Origin: Candidatus Gottesmanbacteria bacterium
Lineage (GTDB): Bacteria; Patescibacteriota; Microgenomatia; UBA10105; UBA927
NCBI GenBank assembly: GCA_030679255.1
Contig: JAUXTO010000013.1
Span: 84,383 to 148,382, forward strand
Length of the DNA: 64,000 nucleotides
Direction of reading: 5' to 3'
The first letter of the stretch is position 1, and every line of letters starts with the position of its first letter. Below the pieces are notes generated by a model. That model ran no database searches, was not told the origin of the DNA, and saw only the letters and a list, made by a program, of their open reading frames with translations. A program made the translations under genes and the position numbers. This document shows positions 60,264 to 64,000 of this stretch, piece by piece.

Positions 60264-60955
60264 GGTCTCCCCACTTTCTTGTCTTCCACTATCTTCCCAT
60301 CCGCGATCCGGACAATCCGCCTCGCTTGACGGGCGACATCCGCGTCATGCGTGACGAGAATAATGGTTCTCCCGTTCTTATGCAGACCCTCAAATAATTC
60401 AAGTATCTCTGTGCCGGATTTGCTGTCCAGGTTTCCTGTGGGCTCGTCAGCCAGAAGTATCTGCGGATCGGTAACGAGTGCTCTTGCTATCGCCACCCGC
60501 TGCTGCTGCCCGCCGGAAAGTTGGGAAGGAAAATTATTGAGTTTATCGCCCAATCCCACCTGTCTGAGGATTTTTTCGGCGATACTCCGGCGCTCCCCCC
60601 CACCAATCCCGCGGTAAACCAATGGGAGTTCGACGTTGGCAATGGCCGACGTCCGGCGGAGTAAATTAAATTGTTGAAACACAAATCCGATTGACGTATT
60701 GCGGATACGGGCAAGGACGTGATCAGATGCATGGGATATATCTTGACCCACTATCTCGACCCTCCCCGCCGTTGGCCGGTCGAGGCATCCGATGATATGC
60801 ATGAGCGTTGATTTTCCGCTTCCGGATGGACCCATGATCGCAACGTATTCGCCGTGTTTGACCGATAGCGAAACATCACCGACAGCGGTAAACTCAACGC
60901 CATCCATCGTATAAATTTTGGATATGTGGGAAATACGGAGTACGTCTGATGTCAT
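60260..60955 (-). CDS. MacB/LolD-type ABC ATP-binding protein
   Basis: [33 protein letters not shown] and VTHD motifs. Confidence 0.93.
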   Translation of the reverse strand: MTSDVLRISHISKIYTMDGVEFTAVGDVSLSVKHGEYVAIMGPSGSGKSTLMHIIGCLDRPTAGRVEIVGQDISHASDHVLARIRNTSIGFVFQQFNLLRRTSAIANVELPLVYRGIGGGERRSIAEKILRQVGLGDKLNNFPSQLSGGQQQRVAIARALVTDPQILLADEPTGNLDSKSGTEILELFEGLHKNGRTIILVTHDADVARQARRIVRIADGKIVEDKKVGRP

Positions 60956-60968
60956 GATGATAATGTTC

Positions 60969-62015
60969 TCATTGTGGGATATCTTTAAATCCTTTCACTA
61001 CTACGAGATCCCCTTCTGTAAGACCCGAGGTAACCACCGCTTCACCATCGCTTCGAGCTCCCAATTCAACCGTTGTCTTTTTATAGGTATTTCCTACTTT
61101 TTTATACACATACACTGCTTTTTGTTCTTCACGGACTGCTTCTATGGGTACGACAAATACGTCTGATTGAGTTTCCGTATGGATTGCAACATCACCGTTC
61201 ATACCAATCCGCACGGCCGATGCTGTAGCAACCGCAACCTCAACGGGAAACACCGTTGCCCCCCCACTTGATGTTTTAGCGGCAAATGCAATTTTAGAGA
61301 CCGTTCCGAAAAACGGAGCACTTGGATATGCATCCAAAGTTACCTTCGCTGTGCTCCCCAGAGAAATCGCGGCCACATCCACTTCGTCAACACTTGCCTC
61401 AAATACGAGAGAATTCGGATCAACAACTTCAAATACCGCTGTAGCTGGGGTAATATTTATTCCGGCAACCGGAGTGTCGACCCTAGTCACAATGCCCGTA
61501 ATTGGAGTAATAAGTGTCGAATATTCGAGAGAGAGATGTTTGAGTTCCACATCAAGGACTGCCTTCTCGAGATCCCACTGATTTTTCTCGAGAATACGCT
61601 TCACGGTATCGGTGAGCGCAGAGTCAGGATTTTTTATTCCTTTATACGTCACGCGCCACATCTCTTCAAAGTCATTTCGCTGGGCAGAATAATCGCGGAG
61701 AACCTTCTCTAGATTTTTTTGTACTTCCCGGCTGTCTAATTGGGCAATCGCCTGATATGCTTCAACCCGGTCCCCCTCTTTGACGCCGACCCACGTGAGC
61801 TTACCTGATGTTTGAAACTTCAATTCGACGGCGCGTGCAGCCTTTGTTTTTCCCGATGAAGCGATGGACTTGGTAAAATTTGTACGCCGTACCACAGCCG
61901 TCTGTATCGTGGAAACAGTCTTGACCGCTTGTTGTTGTTTGGTATACGCCACCCCTCCACCACCAGTAGCCAGTATACCTGCTAAGGCTAATGTGGCAAT
62001 ATATCGTTTTGTCAT
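60969..62015 (-). CDS. MacA-like membrane fusion (adaptor) protein
   Basis: G.L..V.VKEGD.V, alpha-hairpin, PI.G.V, V.E.D, GM and GL..GD.VV motifs. Confidence 0.88.
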   Translation of the reverse strand: MTKRYIATLALAGILATGGGGVAYTKQQQAVKTVSTIQTAVVRRTNFTKSIASSGKTKAARAVELKFQTSGKLTWVGVKEGDRVEAYQAIAQLDSREVQKNLEKVLRDYSAQRNDFEEMWRVTYKGIKNPDSALTDTVKRILEKNQWDLEKAVLDVELKHLSLEYSTLITPITGIVTRVDTPVAGINITPATAVFEVVDPNSLVFEASVDEVDVAAISLGSTAKVTLDAYPSAPFFGTVSKIAFAAKTSSGGATVFPVEVAVATASAVRIGMNGDVAIHTETQSDVFVVPIEAVREEQKAVYVYKKVGNTYKKTTVELGARSDGEAVVTSGLTEGDLVVVKGFKDIPQ

Positions 62016-62075
62016 AAATGCAACGTATTATATACCCAAAAAGGCTCAAACTGTGAGGCGAACGCACTGAACAAA

Positions 62076-63773
62076 TTATCGTTCGAATAAAGGCTGGACG
62101 AGGTCTAATAATCTTTTTTTATTGTTTACTGTTTCGTCTTGAACAATTTCGCTTTCTCTCATTAATTGCTCGTATTGTACCCAATCGAGCTTGCGGGGTT
62201 TGTGAAGTTTTGACCCGTTTGGATGATCAATTTCCTCTTCAATAAGATGTACCGGAATATATCGATGAATCACCGGATCATGATCAATATTCTGGGTGAT
62301 GAGACCGAGTTTATGAGCCGCAATCAAACGCTCAATCTCAGGAAGTGCCCGTTTGATCTCAGAATGAATTGAGGGAGCGTCCGGATTATCACGCGTCTCT
62401 AAATAAAGAGATTTCTGACCATGGATGAGATTACTTATAGTCGGTGTGCCAATTTCCGGTGATGCAGCATTGACGACCACCCCTGAGGTATCCCCCACCG
62501 TGACATCAACGCCGTCACCTAATGACCGGGCGATCATATGTCTGGCAATTCGGATAGACGTTTCATTGCTCTCCAAATCAGCTCTCGGCATGTTACCTCT
62601 CCCGATCTCAAGCAAGCGGAAAATGACGAGCGCATCACCGGATTGATCAATCGTTTGTGTCGGCAATACATTATGCAGTATGCCGTCTACAATAGGATTT
62701 GATTCATTCGCGCCAACAAGCTTTACCAAATTGTTGGCTAAATTCCTGAGATACGTCCGTTTAAACCGGTTTCGGTCCGTGCTTGTAAACGGATGCGCAA
62801 GTTCAGATGCAAGCGCCGGGGAGGCTCCATTGATGGTATCGAAATCTTTATATTGCTGAAAATACTCAAGTGCCTCGAACCCGTTGGAAAATACCGTTCC
62901 ACGCAAATGTTGTTTTTTGTGATTTATTTTGTCTTCTAACAGCGACTTTGACTCCGACATTTCTTTTTTGACTTTAACGTTTTCAAGAACCGAAGAGAGA
63001 GCAGTATATTCATCGTCACTCCTGATACCATTCTTTGCGATACGGATTGCATCTTCCGCGCTTATGAGACCATGTTGAACTGCATGCCGGATATCTTCAA
63101 CAATCTGAATAAATCCGTCGAGTTGTATTTGTATATCTTTAAATCCCCCATCGCTCCAGTTGACCATGAGTGCCTCTGCTCCTGACGCACGAATTTGCTC
63201 GAGTATTGTTTTTTTGGCTATGGCATCAGCACGCAGAAATGATGCGTTGATAGACCCCATCCGAAGTTCCGGATCTAATGTGATTACGACACTTTTCCCT
63301 GTTTCGGCTAAAAAGTTTAACGCTGAAATATAGGTTTCTTCTTTTTTAGATTCCGGAGATAAATCCTGAAACCGTTCACTGGATATATCTTGAGAAAGAG
63401 CAATAAGTCCTTTTCTCCGCAATCCTTCTCCTGATCGGATCGTCTCTTCCTCGCGGATAAATTTTCCACCCCTCCAGTTGATACCTCCCGAATACACCAC
63501 GACTTGTATACCTTTTTCTTTCGCTTTTGCAAGAATCGTCGGAAGATCTGTTTTGTCATCTGCATGCAACGCTTCCGGAAGAAAAAAAACTGAAGCACCA
63601 AGACTGTACCGCTTCTCAACCCCTGCGTTCGTTAAAGATTTCGCTATTATCAAACTCAAATCTTCGCTTGCAACATTAATCCTATTAAACCGTTCCACAT
63701 GACGAGATTTTTCTGGAACCCCTGCCCCAAACCAGAGTGTTTTATTTTCTAATGGTTGTCCAACTTCTGCCAT
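62076..63773 (-). CDS. Hypothetical soluble protein (565 aa)
   Basis: Long uninterrupted ORF co-oriented with its neighbours; no family recognised. Confidence 0.7.
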   Translation of the reverse strand: MAEVGQPLENKTLWFGAGVPEKSRHVERFNRINVASEDLSLIIAKSLTNAGVEKRYSLGASVFFLPEALHADDKTDLPTILAKAKEKGIQVVVYSGGINWRGGKFIREEETIRSGEGLRRKGLIALSQDISSERFQDLSPESKKEETYISALNFLAETGKSVVITLDPELRMGSINASFLRADAIAKKTILEQIRASGAEALMVNWSDGGFKDIQIQLDGFIQIVEDIRHAVQHGLISAEDAIRIAKNGIRSDDEYTALSSVLENVKVKKEMSESKSLLEDKINHKKQHLRGTVFSNGFEALEYFQQYKDFDTINGASPALASELAHPFTSTDRNRFKRTYLRNLANNLVKLVGANESNPIVDGILHNVLPTQTIDQSGDALVIFRLLEIGRGNMPRADLESNETSIRIARHMIARSLGDGVDVTVGDTSGVVVNAASPEIGTPTISNLIHGQKSLYLETRDNPDAPSIHSEIKRALPEIERLIAAHKLGLITQNIDHDPVIHRYIPVHLIEEEIDHPNGSKLHKPRKLDWVQYEQLMRESEIVQDETVNNKKRLLDLVQPLFER

Positions 63774-63835
63774 ACACTACTATTACCGCATAAATCGAAT
63801 CACTGCACAAGTCAAAAGAAAAAACCCGGAGTGTC

Positions 63836-64000
63836 TTAAGGAATTTTTGGATAATGGCATTTCTTCCATTTCTTGCCGCTCCCGCAGGGACACGGATCGT
63901 TGCGACCAAGTTTTTTGGGTACGACGGATGATTGAGGACGTACGTCTGATGACACAAGAGTACTTGGTTGCATCGTTTTTATTGGTTTTTCGATAACAGG
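63836..64000 (-). CDS. secA: 3' end of a SEC-C motif protein, probably SecA
   Basis: Not in the ORF track. Manual translation ends ...[26 protein letters not shown] (Zn-binding SEC-C motif) after a disordered linker. Confidence 0.75.
   Translation of the reverse strand, partial: PVIEKPIKTMQPSTLVSSDVRPQSSVVPKKLGRNDPCPCGSGKKWKKCHYPKIP

Noticed and set aside
59709-60329. 206-aa + strand ORF
   Set aside because: It is antisense to the MacB-like permease.
63742-63957. 71-aa minus-strand ORF
   Set aside because: Wrong frame: the SEC-C-containing frame ending at 63836 is the real one.
1-64000. Alternative genetic code (TGA=Gly) as used by some CPR lineages
   Set aside because: Conserved genes are full length under the standard code, and many end in TGA with ATGA overlaps.
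1-64000. tRNA, rRNA or IS elements
   Set aside because: Intergenic gaps are very short, and no cloverleaf, rRNA-like or transposase sequence was recognised by eye.

Overview
This is bacterial chromosomal DNA read with the standard code (TGA is a stop, with many ATGA overlaps). Gene content suggests a Patescibacteria/CPR organism, probably Microgenomates-like; that placement is inference. Positions 1-42.6 kb form a very large cell-surface glycosylation locus: about 15 polytopic GT-C-type glycosyltransferases (ArnT/PMT-like, YfhO-like, PTPS-related, MptB-like), 3 polyprenol-phosphate sugar synthases, 4 other GT2s, a GT4, a Wzx flippase, a methyltransferase and rmlACBD/ugd/gmd-like genes. Positions 42.6-64 kb hold housekeeping and envelope genes: a tsaC-tsaB fusion, tsaE, a Pro/Thr-rich surface protein, a membrane sensor-wHTH, ftsEX with an M23 peptidase, prfB, an NRAMP-like transporter, ruvCAB, dsbA, a toxin-antitoxin pair, a MacAB-like ABC system and the 3' end of a probable secA. 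The most unusual signal is a family of tiny (30-45 bp) frame-preserving palindromic DNA elements inside protein-coding genes; three of them interrupt a (TTTTGAC)n heptamer array with no target duplication. Also notable are a circularly permuted M23 peptidase, a kinase-less sensor-wHTH regulator, a structured leader before the gmd-like gene and many apparently leaderless promoters. No rRNA, tRNA, CRISPR array or transposase was recognised. All calls come from reading the sequence by eye; no database searches were run.
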